The notes under the pieces were generated by a model. That model was not told where the DNA came from and did no database searches. It saw nothing but the letters and a program-made list of their open reading frames with translations. Both the position numbers and the translations under genes were made by a program. 64,000 bases of DNA from Guillardia theta CCMP2712. Taxonomy: Eukaryota > Protista > Cryptophyta. The stretch's first letter is position 1; every line of letters starts with the position of its first letter. This document shows positions 36,201 through 51,200 of this stretch, piece by piece. The stretch covers positions 137,330-201,329 of the forward strand of contig NW_005434589.1 in NCBI RefSeq assembly GCF_000315625.1, in the 5' to 3' direction.

Positions 36201-39200
36201 CTCATGATCTTGAACTCCCGAGAAGCCAATGGCATGTCAAAGTCGACGATCGCCTCGGCAAAGGGATCAAAATTCCTTTGTGCAGAAACTTGGATGGCGT
36301 ACTGGGTGAGCTGAAACGGCACATTGGCGCCGATTCCTGCATCGACCGGGCGCGTCCAGTGGAGGGAGATAGCGAGAGGTCCTGACACAACAGCGCTCGT
36401 GATGCGAGGAGCCGAAGGGATTCCGACGCAGATCCGAGAGGTGGTGGTAGACCATGCTCCCCTACCGGCGGCGCTAACGGCAGCAGCTCGGATGTAGTAG
36501 ATGGTGCCTGGTACAAGTCCAGAGCCCTCGGACGAGAGGTAAGGAGACGAGAACTCCTTGAGACCAGGGCCTGCGAAGTCAGGAGTTGGGCAGAACTGAA
36601 GGTCATACGACAAAATCTCAAGCGATGTATCCCCGTAGCCTGTGTCTAAGGGAAGGAGCAGGACGACCAGGATGGCGTTGGGGTTGACGTTGCTCGTCCT
36701 GTTGATGAAAGGAGCGGACGGGGGAGCCGCAGCCTTCCTGTTGAGAGTGTTGGAGTGCAGACTTGACCCGACGACGTTCTCAGCGAACGCACGGAAGGAA
36801 TAGTTGACAGCCTTCTTCAGCCCGGGGACCAGCACCCAGCTCTGAGAGGGATACTGCTTGACGTAATCATAACCGTCAAAAATCACCAGGGGCGCGAAGT
36901 TGTCATTGATGGATGCCTGGACCAAGAACCACGAGAGCGACACGTTGGGGCAGGTCGTGGCGCTGCCGACCCCGATGTCACTAGGTGCCGTCCAGGAGAC
37001 GTTGACAGACAGCGAGCCAGACACGAGAGCTAAATCAAGCTGTGGAGGCTCGGGAAGGTCGATGGCGCAGAACGTGACATAGGTCACGTCCGAGTAACCA
37101 GCCTTGTTCATACAGCGAGCGTAGAGGTAATAGAACTTTCCTTTCACCAGCTCTTTCTGATCGAAGGTAGTGTTCATCGGATCTTGGTAATTGAAAGTAA
37201 AGTTTTGCACAAAGCTTGCATTTGAGAAGCTTCCATCAGGGTAGAATTGTATCGGAATAGTAGACAGGAAGAACTGAATGTCGACATCAGTGAAACCTGC
37301 TGGAGTCTCTGTCAAACCGAAGCCAATATCCGTCGGAAACTCCCAAGAGACGCAGACTGACATCGGACCACGCAGGTTGGTTGCCTCAAACTTCACAACA
37401 GGCCCTGGTTTCTTGAGCATGTATATGTCCGCCTTGGACTCGATGCTCAGCCCCAGGAGGTTTCCAGCTCGGATGTAGACGCAGTATTGGTCGCCAGTCA
37501 CGAAGTTCCTGTCTGTCACAGTGCGGCTGAAGGTGTTGTAGTCGACGACCGCCTGGTAGGCAGGGACTGAGGCACTACTCACAGAGTTGCAGTTGGAGTG
37601 ATAGAGCACGACATAGTAGTTGTCAATTATCCTCTTCTTCGGGTCCGCTTGTCTATCCGCCGGCCTGATCTCACCGTCTGTGACCGGAGCAGTCCAGGAG
37701 ATCTGAAGGGTCTTGGCATTGACGTTGATCACAGTCACGCTGGCGGGATTTGACGGCAGCTCGATGCCTCGAACGTCAACAGGCTGAGACGTTTGACCGA
37801 GTCCGTAGTAGTTGTAAGATTGGATGGAGACGATGCTGGAGTCCCCAAATGTGTCATATAAGGGACCTGCACTCGACCACTGCAAGATGATGTCAGTGCT
37901 CATGTTACACCTGCAAACAGAGTCAAATGTAGACAGCACAGCAACAGGTTGCTTCACTTACACATAAGATTCCTCGATTTGATACGTTGGCCAGATGTAC
38001 TGCGAGAGCTCAAAGACGGGGATGAACGACGCGGTGCCATTGAACAACAAGTCGAAGTACGATGAGCCTGAATTGACACAGAACGACCCAGCTTTGGCGC
38101 AGCAGGATTCCGCAGATGTGTAGTAGGGATCGTTGTGCTGACAACCAATCAAGATCTGAGACGGTTGCTCGGGAGTTGCCTCGTAGTGCATCATAGTGGC
38201 CACAGCTGCAAACATGCTGTTGTCAGCTTGGAAGACCGCCCATCGTTGAGGATTTGCCGTGTACAGGTATCTGAAGACCACAAAACCTTCGAACAAGATA
38301 ACGCCGTTGGTTGCTATGGTTTTCTCCCACTTGATCAGCATAGAATGAAAGGAACCGCTGCAAGCAACAAGACCAAATTGATTGACCGCGTTGTTCAGCC
38401 TCATGGAGAACAGTTGAACTTGAACGCTTCCTTCAAGTTCCAACTTCTGCACCTCTACTGCAGTTTCTTTCGACAGCTCCAGCACGGAAATATTTTGGCC
38501 CGAGCACTTGACGATCATGTCTCTAGTTCCAACCTTCATGTGATGCAGGCAAGCTCCACCATTGATCTCAGGAATGGAGACGTTTGCTATGAACGAGCAG
38601 TTGTGCCATTTGTAGACATTCTCCGAGGAATCTGCAGGTGAAGTGTGAGAGACGAACATCCAGAGCAGCCCCATGTCATCTCTGAAGAGCTCAACAGCCT
38701 GACTGCCTGTAGATGAAATGGTTTGGAATGGTTCGAAAGATTGACTTTCCCTGCTCCACCTGTACACCTCGACGTTGCCGTTGGTCTGGGGGAAGGTGAC
38801 CATGGTGGTGTTGCATTCGAAGAAGTCTATCACATCCTTAGCCATGCTCAGCATCAAGGACTGATGGAAGTAGAAGTAGCCATCAGGTCGCAGAGCATAC
38901 ACCATCACTTCAGTCCCCGCCGCCATGGGCAAGGTGGGGTTCCCCACGCAAGTCTCGTTGGAGAACGTGCAGGGTTGTGCCATGCTGACATTGCACGACT
39001 GGGTGGCCTTCCAAGTTCCGTTGACGGGCTTGCCGGTGCTGTCATCTACACAAACATACCCCGAAGGCTTCATGTCGTTGACGGTGAAGAGGAGGACCTT
39101 GTCTTGCTCCTCGATCAGCTTAACAACTTTGATTCGTCTCGTTCCGAAGGTGGACAGAACTTGATGGACTGACAGGTTGCCAGCAAACGTGACGTCACTA

Positions 39201-42200
39201 GGAAAGAGCTCCTCGTTGGCCTTGTAGTTGTTGCAATATTCGTCCTTGTCTCCGCGACAGTCTCCACCGAAGAAGCTAGAAGCTGAACTCTTCTGGTAGA
39301 TGGTAGTTGCTCCGGGGTTGGAGGACTTTTGTGAGTTGTAACTTGCAACAATGATGTAATGCCGACCAGCGAATTCGAAGTGTTCGACATCCGTAGCATT
39401 CCAGGACCTGAGGGACTGAAATCCGTCGGAGTCCGGTCTCATCTCATTGGAGGGAGTAGCCAAGTTCTGCTCTTGTTCTGCGTCACTCACGCCGCCGGTG
39501 AAGGGGTAGGAGCGGAGATGCTTCTCTGTCACCTTGAAGATGTAGTCGTGAGTGAGGGTGTCGTTGACCTGCCACGAAACTTTGGCCTTCATCGCCTCCT
39601 TGTACTCTACTGCCGGTTGCGTCACTGCCGGGAGGTAGTTGGACTGCATTTGCAAGGCGGCGGACCAATCAGACCAGCTGCTCCATCCTACGACGCTGCG
39701 CGTTCTGACCAGGAACCTGTAGGCCTTTCTGAACACGACGGAGGTCGCATTGAAGACGTAGTTGTCGGTCGAGGGGACACGGGCCAAGGTACTGTCCGCG
39801 ATGGTAACGGAGAAGTTGTAGGTCGTGTCATAGCTGACTTCGGTCATCTCTTGACTGCAGTCCATCCAGGGCTGACTGCTACAGCAGGTCACAAACTTGC
39901 TTTCAGTCAGCTGGATGACCTCAGCTTCTAGTATGGAGTAGCTCCTGTTGCTGGCGTTGACCGCTGGGTTGTTGATCGTGACCTCAAATCTCAGCCACCT
40001 CATCGCTACGCTCTTGATCACCGGAGCATCAGGAACGCCCGTGATCGCAAAAGGATCGACGGTCTCCAGCCAGACACCGGGGGAGATCCGATTGAAAGCT
40101 CGCACTCGGAACAAGTAACTCTTGCCCTCTAAGAACTCCGTGTAGAGAGGCCAAACGATGGTGCTCCCCGTGGTCTCGGTCAAAGGCAACCAGCTGATTG
40201 AGTCTGCGAGCTTGTACTGGAGCTCGTAGCGTACGAACGCGGCATATGGGTTCGAGCTGTCACCGTGTACCCCTACTCCCATATCGTCGGGGATTGTAAG
40301 GTTGAAGACAAGAGTCGTTCCCACAATTCGAGTCGTCATTGCAGGCGCTGATGGGGCTCCGACGATGACCGAAGTCTGTTCGCTGCTATACGGGCCAAAT
40401 CCGTAGGCGTTCTTGATTCTTATTCTGAGACCGATTCCTTTCCCGTTGAGAGGTCCGGACTTGTTGGCAGGAGTGTAATCGATACCCATGAAGTTACAAC
40501 ACTCGGTGTACCCTGCACAGCACTGATAAGACTCAGTCTCCGAGAACAAAGTCGATGCGCCTGAGAAGAATCTAAACAAAAGCTCATAGCCCAGGTAGAA
40601 GTAGTTCTGATTCGAGGTGTAATCTGCCATCGGATTCTTCCATGAGATCGCCATGGTCAAGTTTCCAGTTGCTGTCAAGGCGAGGTCGGAAGGCGGGGCG
40701 GGGCTCATCATATTCAGATCGCTCTGACAGTCGAGCTGACTGGTCAAGCTCTGCGTCCAAGCAATCAGACTTGAGCTATCGAGTGAGCCGGTCGGGCAAT
40801 TAGAGGTTTGATTGAAGTTGTAGAACTCGATCAGACCGACTGCAGACTCTAGGTAGCAGGAGGGGTCAGAGCATGAACGGTTCTTCGCTACCAGAGTGAC
40901 TGTCGCGTCATCACTCACTGTGCCGTTCACAGTACCGTTGGGATCGATTCTGCGAATGTCGGAGAGGATGAACCAGACGGAAGCACCCGGATAGAAGTAC
41001 CTGTTGAAAGAAACAGAGATGCTCGTGTTCGTGTTGCTGAGGTTGACGTCTACATTGAATGTGCTCACTGTCTTGGAAGGAAGACCTGCCTCAATCGAAA
41101 TGAACTCAAAGTTGCCTCCTTCAGAGACGTTCAAGGTCTCTGGAATCTTCATGCTGGTCAAGTCAAAGTTCTGCAGGAGCCCTAGTCCGAACTCCAGCAC
41201 GATCTCGCTTTCCGGGTAATACTCAGTGGAGAAGGTGAAGGAGACGTTGAGGTACATGCTTTGATTGAAGCCGGGGAACGGCACATGGCGAGAGGGGATC
41301 ATCCTGAGCTGCAGGTCGCGGAGAGAGCCAGGCTGCAGCACTCGGCTCTGGGAGAGGTACTCGTCCACCACGAACCCTCGAGACGAGATCGTCTGGATTC
41401 GAAGGTCCAACAAGTCGCCCTGCCTCCTGATCGGAGTTTGGATCCCAGATATCTGAAACTGCATGACGGCGGGGAGCTCGCTGATGGGGCCAGGGAAGTG
41501 CAAGTTGATCGCAGAGCGGACCTTGGCCCTGCACAGCTCGTACTGGGGGGCGAAGTCCTGAGTGAGAGAGGAGCAGAAGAGTTCTTCATTGGTAAAGTTG
41601 TGGGAAATGTTGACGTAGTGCTCAATCTGGTGACCCATCAGAACCTGAGCTTCCTCCAAGTTGAAGCCATCGTCGAAAACGATGCTTAGGTTTGTGAACG
41701 TGTGACCAGCTATCGGTTCGAAGGTCACATTCACGATCATCTTGGAGCCAGCATAATACTCCGCAGTTGCTACGAACACTCCCTTTGACGCTCCACTGGG
41801 TTGGATCTTAACAACCTCTCGTTGAGAGGGAACTATGGAGCTACTTGACAGCGGATACGGAGCAATGACTGCGTTGATCAAAGCTTGACTGGTGAACTTC
41901 ACCGTGTCTGAGTCGTTCGCCGTGCGCAAGATGAAAGTTGCACTTCCCGCAGACAGTCGGTTCTTGACTCCCGTGATAGTCAGGTTGTAAGAGACCGAGG
42001 ATGGAAGGCTGGTCGTCGGGCGGAAGTAGAACGCTCTGCCGTACTGGCAGCAGCCATGAGCCGTAGAGCCTTGATTGCACGTGCAAGGCATGCCGTTGAG
42101 TGCTACACTGACCATGGTCGAGTCGATCTCGAAAAACGCGGGAAAGTCAAGCACGAAGAAAGTTCCTCCCACGATTCCGTTGGAGTTGTTTACAAGTAAC

Positions 42201-45200
42201 GTGACTACCGAGTCACTCCCAGCGTAGGAAGGGCTTAGAGTGACTGCAGAAAGCAGCTCTTGCGCATGCAGGTACAAGTTGGGAACTGGCATACCCGAGC
42301 TCAACACCAACACACTACCCTTCTGCTCCAGTCTGAGCGTAAATCCACCCAATCTTCCATCGAACTTCGGGTTGATGACACTTGCAATTGAGAAGTTAGC
42401 AACAATGTCGGAACTTGATACGCAGGAAGGAATGTCTGCAATGATGTATGCGATGGGGCAGCTGTCACACTGCAAGCCGGTACAATTCTTCCCGACGTAG
42501 TTGTAAGCCTCCCAAACTGACTCGCAGCCTGGTGCAAAGGTCAGAGTACCGATGCTCTTTCCGCAGTTGATGGAGAATCCTGCAGGAAACATGACCCGCA
42601 AGCTGGTGCCGTAATTGAGGGCGATGGGAGAATGGAAGTAGAAGTTGATGTTGGAGAACGAGGAAGTCAGCGTGTTGGTCAGGTCGATGTTGACGTTGCG
42701 GAACTGAGATGACCGCACAGTGAGAGTCTGCGACGAGAAAGCCTGCAACTCGTAAGGGCTTCCCTCCTGCAACAAAGTTGATACCCGGACACTACCAGCA
42801 TCCCCGACGAAGTCTGGGTTCCTGACGTTCTCCAGCACAACTTGGAAGGAGGTGCCTTGAAGTTCCTCGGGCGGGAAAGTGAAAGTGACACTTCGGTTGT
42901 TGACGCTGAAATTCAAGGAGCTGTTCCCAGCCATCACTGTTACGGCCGCCAGGTCAAATCGAGCAGGAAACTCAATCTTGCATGCCGAACCCTGCGCGAG
43001 GGGAGCGACGGTGGCGAACTGGATGGAGAAGTTACTGAGTGCCAAGATTGCACTGTCACTCTGCACAAGACTGCCGGACACAAATGCTTCAGGAGTCACG
43101 GTCACACCAGCCGCAGTCCCTGAGTCAACCACACTGCCGTCCGCTACTGTCGATCTCAAGTAGAAGGAACCTGTCGACCCAGAGAAGGAGGGGAGACGGA
43201 CGTTTGAGACCTTGAAGGAGACAAGCTCCCCCAGGGGAAGGCTGCCGTCCAGCTGCACGCGAACGATCTGACTGTCACTGAATATGTCTGGATACTTGGA
43301 ACTGAGCAAACTGTTGGTAGAGCTCATGCAAGGAGAAGTGCTGGCGTAGTTAGGTGAGCTGCACTGCACAATAGAAAAGAAGAAAGGAACAGCATCAAGA
43401 TTTCCGCAGGAGGAACTTCCACACTTCGAAACTGAGCTTGTTGCCTTGTCAGCCTTGATCGCCCTGGGAAGAAAGATCTCCAGATAACCTGCATTGCCGT
43501 TGAGCGGTGGGATCTGATTCTGAAGCTTGAAAGTGAGGATGAGATCGCAGAGACTTCCAGCACTTGACCGACTTGAAGCGACCGATAGCGTCATGCTTCC
43601 GGTAGAAATCAAGAAAGAAGGAACCAGGATGCCTCTCTCCACTACAACATTGCACGTGCGGGCAGACTTGAGACATGCTGTCTGCTGGGAGTAGTCGATT
43701 GTACGGACTGCAAAGGTTCCCGTGGGTCCAGCGCTCTGCCGCATCTTGATAAAGCCTGTGCTGTTCAAAGTGATGTCGAGGGTTTGTTGGGAGTTGACGT
43801 CGAAGGGCAGTTTGAACTCAACATCTTGACCGGTCGATCGGATCATGTCTTCTTCAAGATTCCTGAAATCTTTCAAACCTTGTACAAACTCCCACGGGAC
43901 GAGGTCATATGGCCCTGCAGCAAAGAGCCTTGCTATCGATTGGTCCATCTGTTTGGTCTTGCTCAAGTTTGCAAGGGGAGGAGGAGTGGCTAACGCCGGA
44001 GTTGAAACTTCAACCATGTGGTTGTGTGATGCTATGCTGTTGCCATGTCGGTGGATCAAGACGTGGTCGTGGGATCCTGTTGTGCTGAAGCAGTGGCAGT
44101 CAAAGCTGCCTCGCTCGCACGTGCATGATCGATCGACGGTCAATGATCTCGCCACGAGGTACTGGCCGATGGTGTACTGGAAGCCAGCCGATGGAGCCGC
44201 AGCGATCTCTGATATGGTGGCGTACCTGTCTGCTTGCGAGTAGCTCAAGATCTGTGCAGTCTGCTGGAAGTTGCTTCCTTGGAAGACAACCATGAAGCCA
44301 ACGCAGCCTGAGTCTTGAACACAATCATTTCCAGGCTGGAGGTGGAAGCCGTACGTCGTCGCATCCTGTACTGTCCCGCTGATGAGCTCGCCGACACGCA
44401 CAATGTGTGCGTGAGGTAGGTCGGATCCTGCATGGGACCCGTGTGAGAAGACGTGAGCGTGATACATCGGGTCAAAGTCAAGGAAGCCGGTTGTCTGTAT
44501 TGAGGCGGCATCGTAATAGTTGAACCGAACTGGTCGATTTGACAAGGAACCAGTGAAGCAAGGATCAGTGGTAAAACAGCAGCCTTCGTTCTCGCAGGTC
44601 AAGCTTTGATCGATGGAAACATCGATGAAGATAGCATCTTTGCTTGTCATCGGAGGGACAGTGCACTTCAACGTCTGCTTCGTGCTGTCGTACGTCGCAG
44701 TCACGATCTTGGTGTCGAAGATACATCTGTAGCTCCTATCCAGTCCACTGAGCGCATATTCACTCTTCATAGACAGTTCGACAACGGTCCCTCCTGCTGA
44801 ACTGGCGAAGTTTGGTGAGACCTTGCGGATGAATGGAGCAGTGCTGCAATCAATCCCTGTCCACGGATAGCGGCAATTGCACACAGACGTTATGCAGTCA
44901 CCTTTCTTAGATCCTCCGCAATTGTTCGGGCAAGCACCAGGAACAGGTTTGTAGAGGGTGATATTGACGTTGTCAGAAGAGGACAAGGATAGGTTCTTAG
45001 ATGTCGTGAAGGTAACTTCAATCGGCAAAGAAGTCCTGTCCGAAGATTGGACAATGCTGCAGTAGGAGCTTTTAGGGCAATCGACAACCACCAGCATTTC
45101 TGTATCCGTGATGGAGTTGACATGAAGTGGCTCGCCTGCCAAGACGGGAGTCACTTGACCTGATTGGGAGACGAAACCGGCTCCATACACAGTCACGGTC

Positions 45201-48200
45201 TGCAGATGATCAGCAAAGACTGAGAAGGGCGAGATTCCTTGAACGCGCAAGAGCTCCACATTGGATGGAGTCACAGATGCCAATATCTGGCAGTTGTTAA
45301 GGCAGTAGGAAGTCCCATCCCTCTTGATCTGCGTGACGGGGACGACGTCGCTCAAGAAAGTGAAGGATGACGGGAATGACAATCTGACATATCCGTTGAC
45401 GAGCTTGCGAACCTGGAAACTGAACTTCTGATCCTCATCCATCCCAGCCACGGGGCTGGAAGAGGATGCCGAGGTTGTCTGAATGACAGGAGGGAGAATC
45501 GAATTAGTGAGCACCTGAAGATCTTGATCGATAACGATGTCTCCTGCTGAGAGAGTGCGCAACCTTGGCATCGAGTACGATCCTTGCTGCTGAGGGTTCT
45601 GGATGTCCGTCAAGAACAACCGGACTTGAGTGGTCGCAGCTACGGACAAATTGAGATCCACGAGGGAAAGGAAGATAGAAGAAATGTTGATTCTTGTGAT
45701 GTTGATGTTTCCGTTGAGATACCTCGTGGTAAGCGAGTCCGGGAACACTCCGGAAGGGATACGAACGTTGCTGAGGCCAAAGCTTGACGGCACAGTGATC
45801 TCGATCTTACCGTCCAGAGGGATGGGATTGTAGTTGTCAAAGCGAACATACAAGGCTGTGACTAGGCCTGAGGCGAGACTTAATGGCACGACTTGAGTCG
45901 ACTGCAAGAAGTTAGGCTGGAGGAATCGAGTCTCAGCATAGGAAGTCAACCGATCGACGTTCACGCCATTTGAATCTCTTGTGTACACGTCAAAGAGACC
46001 CGTGTTGCCTGAGATCTGCTGAGTTCGAACGGCAGAAACGTTGAAAGCAATGCGAACGCCGTCGTACCCAGGGACGTACAAGCGATCGGTGGTGGCGGCA
46101 AGATCTTGCAGACCCGGCAAGAACGACAAGCTTGAGATGGAGTATAGAGTGGGCTGCATGCTATTTAGAAGCACTATCTGTCGGCCCGAGTCAGCCAAGG
46201 AAACAGCTACATCTTGCTTCAAGCCGATGGGGCAGTTCACTCCATTCTGGCACGGGTCTCCACAGATCTCATTTGCCAGCAGAGAAGAACAATATCTCAC
46301 ACCATTGAGCGCGAGGAATCCCGGAGCAAGCCTGACCACGACACTTCCACCAGCTGGGAACGGATTGCGGGTTGTCATGTCAACAGAGAGCAACACTTGA
46401 TCTCCAGTAAGGGAGTATGTGAAGGAAACTGTGCCCGACTTCATCCCTCCTTCAGTTATTTGATAGTCCTTGTTCGCACGGAAGTTGGATAGGATGGTAG
46501 AGTAGCAGGACTGCAGTGATGCGATGCTGCAAGCGCTGTTGGTTGTCATCAGTAAGAAGGCTCCCGTCAGCTGCCGTCCTGCCTTTGGATTCAGAACATT
46601 GTAAAGGGTGAAGGAGAGCTGTTGACCCAAGGAAATGTTTCCAAAGCTCCTCAACTCAAGGCCCACGTAGAGGCTCACGTCGTTGATCGCCTTCTTGTCA
46701 AAGACTGAACACGTCGATGTCAAACCGCTGTTGACGGTAAACGAGCAGCTGATCTGCGGTATGACAGCGAAGCCCGGTGGAAGAATGACCATGATCCTGT
46801 CCGTGAATGTGAAGGAACGCAACAAAGTCAAAGTAAAGGTGAGATTGGACAAAGTAGCCGATTCCGTGTTAGCGAAGTTGATGCTCACGTCAACGTACTT
46901 GGCAGTCAGGGATGGCCCGAGGATATCAGAGCTTTCAATGGACTTGTTGTTGACATCGAAGAGAGTCAGAGTGAAACTTCCTGGGACGATGCTTTGATTG
47001 TTGTAGTTAGTAGATGATTCTCGTCTGCAAGACAGTCAGCACTCTGCAACATTCAAGATGTAGGGTAAGGATACCTGTTGATGAAGGGTCCAAGCGAAAA
47101 GCTGACGAAAACATCTTTGCTGGTGATCGTAGTGCTCCGGCGGATGATGATGGAGCTTCCATTCACAGAGACGACAGATAGAATTCCGCGGAGATTGGAG
47201 AGACTTCTGACTTGAATGGCTTCCTGGGTCGCCGTTCCCTTTGAAAGGAACTGATAGGCCGAGGGCACTTTGAGCTCGAAGTAGTCAGAAGCAAAGATGC
47301 CTGACTCCGCATTCCATTGGAACCGAAGCTCTGAGAACTCCCCGACAACTGAGTTGTTTGTGGTGAGCTGCATGCTGCTGTACTTTCCTGCCGTTATGGA
47401 GAAACCAGGCACACTTTGGTTTAACATCTGATCTACCCCGCCAGTGTCTTGCACAACTACAGTCAAGTTGGTCACAGTCGTTGGCCTGACGGGATTCTTC
47501 AGGGATCCAATCAGCTTCAGGCACATCGTGTTGCCGCGCGCGACGTTTGACAGAAGTCGCAAGCGCAAGACGTTACAATCGGATACACAGCCAGAAGCAA
47601 CCACCTCAAGCTGTACAGATGTCTGCACGCTCACATTATTGAGGAGCCAGCTGGGTCGGTTTGCAAGGAGCTCATCGTTGGGGGGCACAACAGCCTGTGT
47701 GATCGTTTGAGCTCCGTCAAACCCACTAGGGAAGTAGACGATGATGACTTGTCCAGCAAAAATCGGGTTCACAGCAGCAAGGTACAAGTAGAAACTACCA
47801 CGAGCGTGGGCAGTGTAGTCTTGCAAGCGAACGAAGGCGTTGGTGCTCACTTTGGTGAGGTTGGTAGGGGTGATGTCCGACGCTCTCTCCAGCAGGTTGC
47901 CATTCTTGTCGTAGGAGCGAAGGACGTAGCTCTGCTTCGCAACCCCCGCGAGGGGTCCATTGCGAACTCCACTGAAGGTGATGTTGACAAGATTGTAGGG
48001 AGGGAAGCTGTTGGCGAAGCCTCTCACGCGGAGAGTTCGATTTCCCACCCGCTCAATGGTGGTCGAAGTTCCGACATTGTCAATAGCGTACCTGACATTG
48101 GTCTCTGTGATATCTTTACCAACGTCAAGAATTTGCGGGTCAGGGATAGAGTTGTAGGCGACGGTCGTCGTCTGATAACCGGCATTGACACATTGTTGAA

Positions 48201-51200
48201 ATGGATTGTTGGGCACTCCTCCAGTGTATGTAAAAAATGTTGTTGGAAGAATAGTTGTCATATCCCTCGAAAACACCTCTTGGACCGGACAAACTGTTTT
48301 CATTATGAAGATGGTTCTTGAAGCATAGTTGTTGGAACTTGCAGTTAACGAAATTCTGAAATTTCCAGGGGGCACCCTCGTCGCATTTCCACTTATTGCA
48401 GCTCCGGCAAGCGAAGCTCCTGAAATATCAAACCCGTCCGGAAAGTCTACCTCGATGTAGCCATCCGAAGGTACGCCCGTTCGGCTGTGATACAGAACGT
48501 TGAAGGAGGTGCTTGCACTGACAAACGTCGACTCAGGGTAGATCCATACGTTGCTCTTTGGCAGGTCAACCGTTGAGAAGCCAGTGGCCCACGTGGAGAG
48601 TCCAGACGCCTGGAGGACGACACCTGAAGCTGGGCTGATTGATCCATCGCTCGACGAGTAACCAACAGTTCCGTTGTAAATTTGAACCTCGAGGGTCATG
48701 GAGATCGGGGTGACAGGCATCCGTATAAGAGAGATGTTGATGCTGACTCTTACACCTGCTGGGATTGTGTCGGGTGTGATCGGATTGATCAGAATGGTGG
48801 GGCTAGAAGGGTAACCACATTTCACAGGGAACGTGACATTCAAGGAGGCTGAAGTAGTATTGGTTTCAGTCAGGCTCTTGCTCGCGAATGCGCCTTGTGT
48901 TATTGGATAGTCGATTTGAGGGAAGTTGACCCTTGATTGCCGACAAAATGCTACTGAGTTTGCAGGAAACTTCAAGATGATTTTGGATGTCTTCTTAACT
49001 TCAACAGGCGTGATAAACGAGATCTCAGTATTGCTCCAGTATCCGAGAGTCGGAGTTGTCAGGCTAAACGTCATCAGGTTTGTTATCGGTCCTGCTCCAC
49101 TGAGAGTAACCGACGCGTTTGACGACTGGCAAACAACCCTCGAGAGCTCTGAGCTCCACGACAGCGACTGTCCCCAACTGGAAAGCTGGTATGGTGCTAA
49201 GTTGTTGCTGGACAGGACGCGAAACTTGAAGTTGGTCAACTGGAAGGGAGGTTGAACGCGAGGGGTTTGGAAGGGACCCAGGACAAGTTTGATGGAGCAG
49301 GGGCAGGACAGGAACGATACACCAGCCACTCTTCCTACGACGATGGAGCCTCCAGGACTTGCAAACAGGCTGACGGAGACTTGTGAAGGTGCCCTCGTCA
49401 CTTGATTCACTAGGATGGAAAACAGTCTGATCGTTCCAGATGGCTGCAGGTCGCTGGGAACACTGACAGAGAAATTGAGGCCGTCCGAGTTGTTGTAGTT
49501 CTGGTCAAAGGATACAGTGAGGTTGACGACATCTGCCGTCGACAAGGGCAAGACGGTGAAGGCAGCGTTGATGGCGCAGCCTTCCGGATTTATGTTGAAG
49601 ACTGGGTATGATGGGGCATCGTACATGGTCAGGATCGAACCACTGATAAGCTTCCTAATCGCAAGACTTCTGATGAGATTGTAGCCTCCTCCTGCAGTGG
49701 GATTCTTGAGTCCGGAGATCGTCAGCATGACATTTGTGTTGACGTCGCTCGACTTGTCCACTGGATTGACCATGAAGGTAAGACGAGTCGAACCAGTGAC
49801 AGCAGTGACCATTGGCGTCCCACTCATGTTGTAAGTGTAAGACAAGTTCAAGTCAAGCATGGGGCTTGTCACGGTCATAGTCTGATCGATGTCAAGCGTG
49901 ATGTTAAAAGGGAAATTCACTTTTCCAGGGATAGTGAAGCTTACATACATAGTCGTGCTTTGACCGACGTAGCTATTCGACAAGTATGCCAGCAAGCCAA
50001 CCAAAGATCCCTTTCCTGTGGCCTGCAGTGCAATCAGATTGTTCCGGTCAATGACTGAATGCTGCGTAGAAGACCAAACCTGCACATCAATGTTCCCAGG
50101 CAAGATGTTAAACTCATCTGGCGAAATGATGTCGAAAACGGTCAATGACAGAGTTTGATTGGCAGCTATGGGAGTCGGCACCTCTCTGTAGACTATGACA
50201 GTCGATTGATTGGAGTAGTTGGTGCCGTTCAAATGACAGCCCAATGGAATAACGAAGGATCCAGGCTCCATCTCGGTCACGTTCGGAGCCTCACACACAT
50301 CCGGCACTACGTACGTCTGGTTTGACATCCTCACGCTGCGCGTCGCTACAAGGGAGTCTGCAATGTATTGACCGCCGATCGTTTGGACCTGACATGTCGC
50401 ACAGCCTTGCACTGAGTACGAAAAGTTTTCTTGGGGCCCTGGGCAGTACTGCAACGTTGACGAGCTGCACTGATAGGGGGTCAAGTACTGAGTCTGGTTG
50501 TCAATCGTCGAGTCAAGTGAGCCAGTGAAGATGTATCCCTCAGTGCTGGGAACGATTCTTGACTTGTCCGTGAGAAGCACCTTAGAAGGCAACCGGATGA
50601 TGAAGGTTGCTTGCTCGGGTACGATGTTGGCAGTCTTGAACTTGATCTGAAGGGAGACCTTGGCTCCTCCAGCAGGAAGAGCTGCTGGGAAGAGTTCGGG
50701 TGAAGAAAGGGTACCAGGAACAATCGTGGACTTCCATTCTCCGCTGGCAAACGAGTGATAGCATGAGCCTGACTTGACATAGACTTCGAAGAAGAATGTT
50801 CCTTTCATCGGCGACTGATTGACTACATCCGTGTATCCTAGAGCATACGAAGGATTCTTGTAGCTCTTTATGTTGATCACGTTGTCAGAGCGCAAGGCGG
50901 TCAATCTGAAGTAGATCCGTCCAGCTCCCACTGATGGTGAACTGACTATCGATGACTCCACAAAACAAGCCGAAGGGGCTATGCTGTAACCAGCACTCAT
51001 GATGGTCGCTGACCATGCTTCGGCTACAGCCGTGTCAACCTGGAAGTCAGGCGGGAAGTACATCACCAGGTAGTTGTCGGACTGGAACAACGGCAGGTCA
51101 ACCATGGAAGAGTAAGTATACTTCAGATACAGGTCCGCAACTTCCCCTGCTACATCCGTGGTCACCGAGACCGAGAAGTTGGACGTGAGGTCATAATTCC

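Noticed and set aside
37954-37961. Stop-codon read-through between abutting ORFs 37958-46888 and 28781-37957
   Set aside because: The TAA lies within a consensus GTAAGT donor of a 51-nt intron, so splicing explains it.
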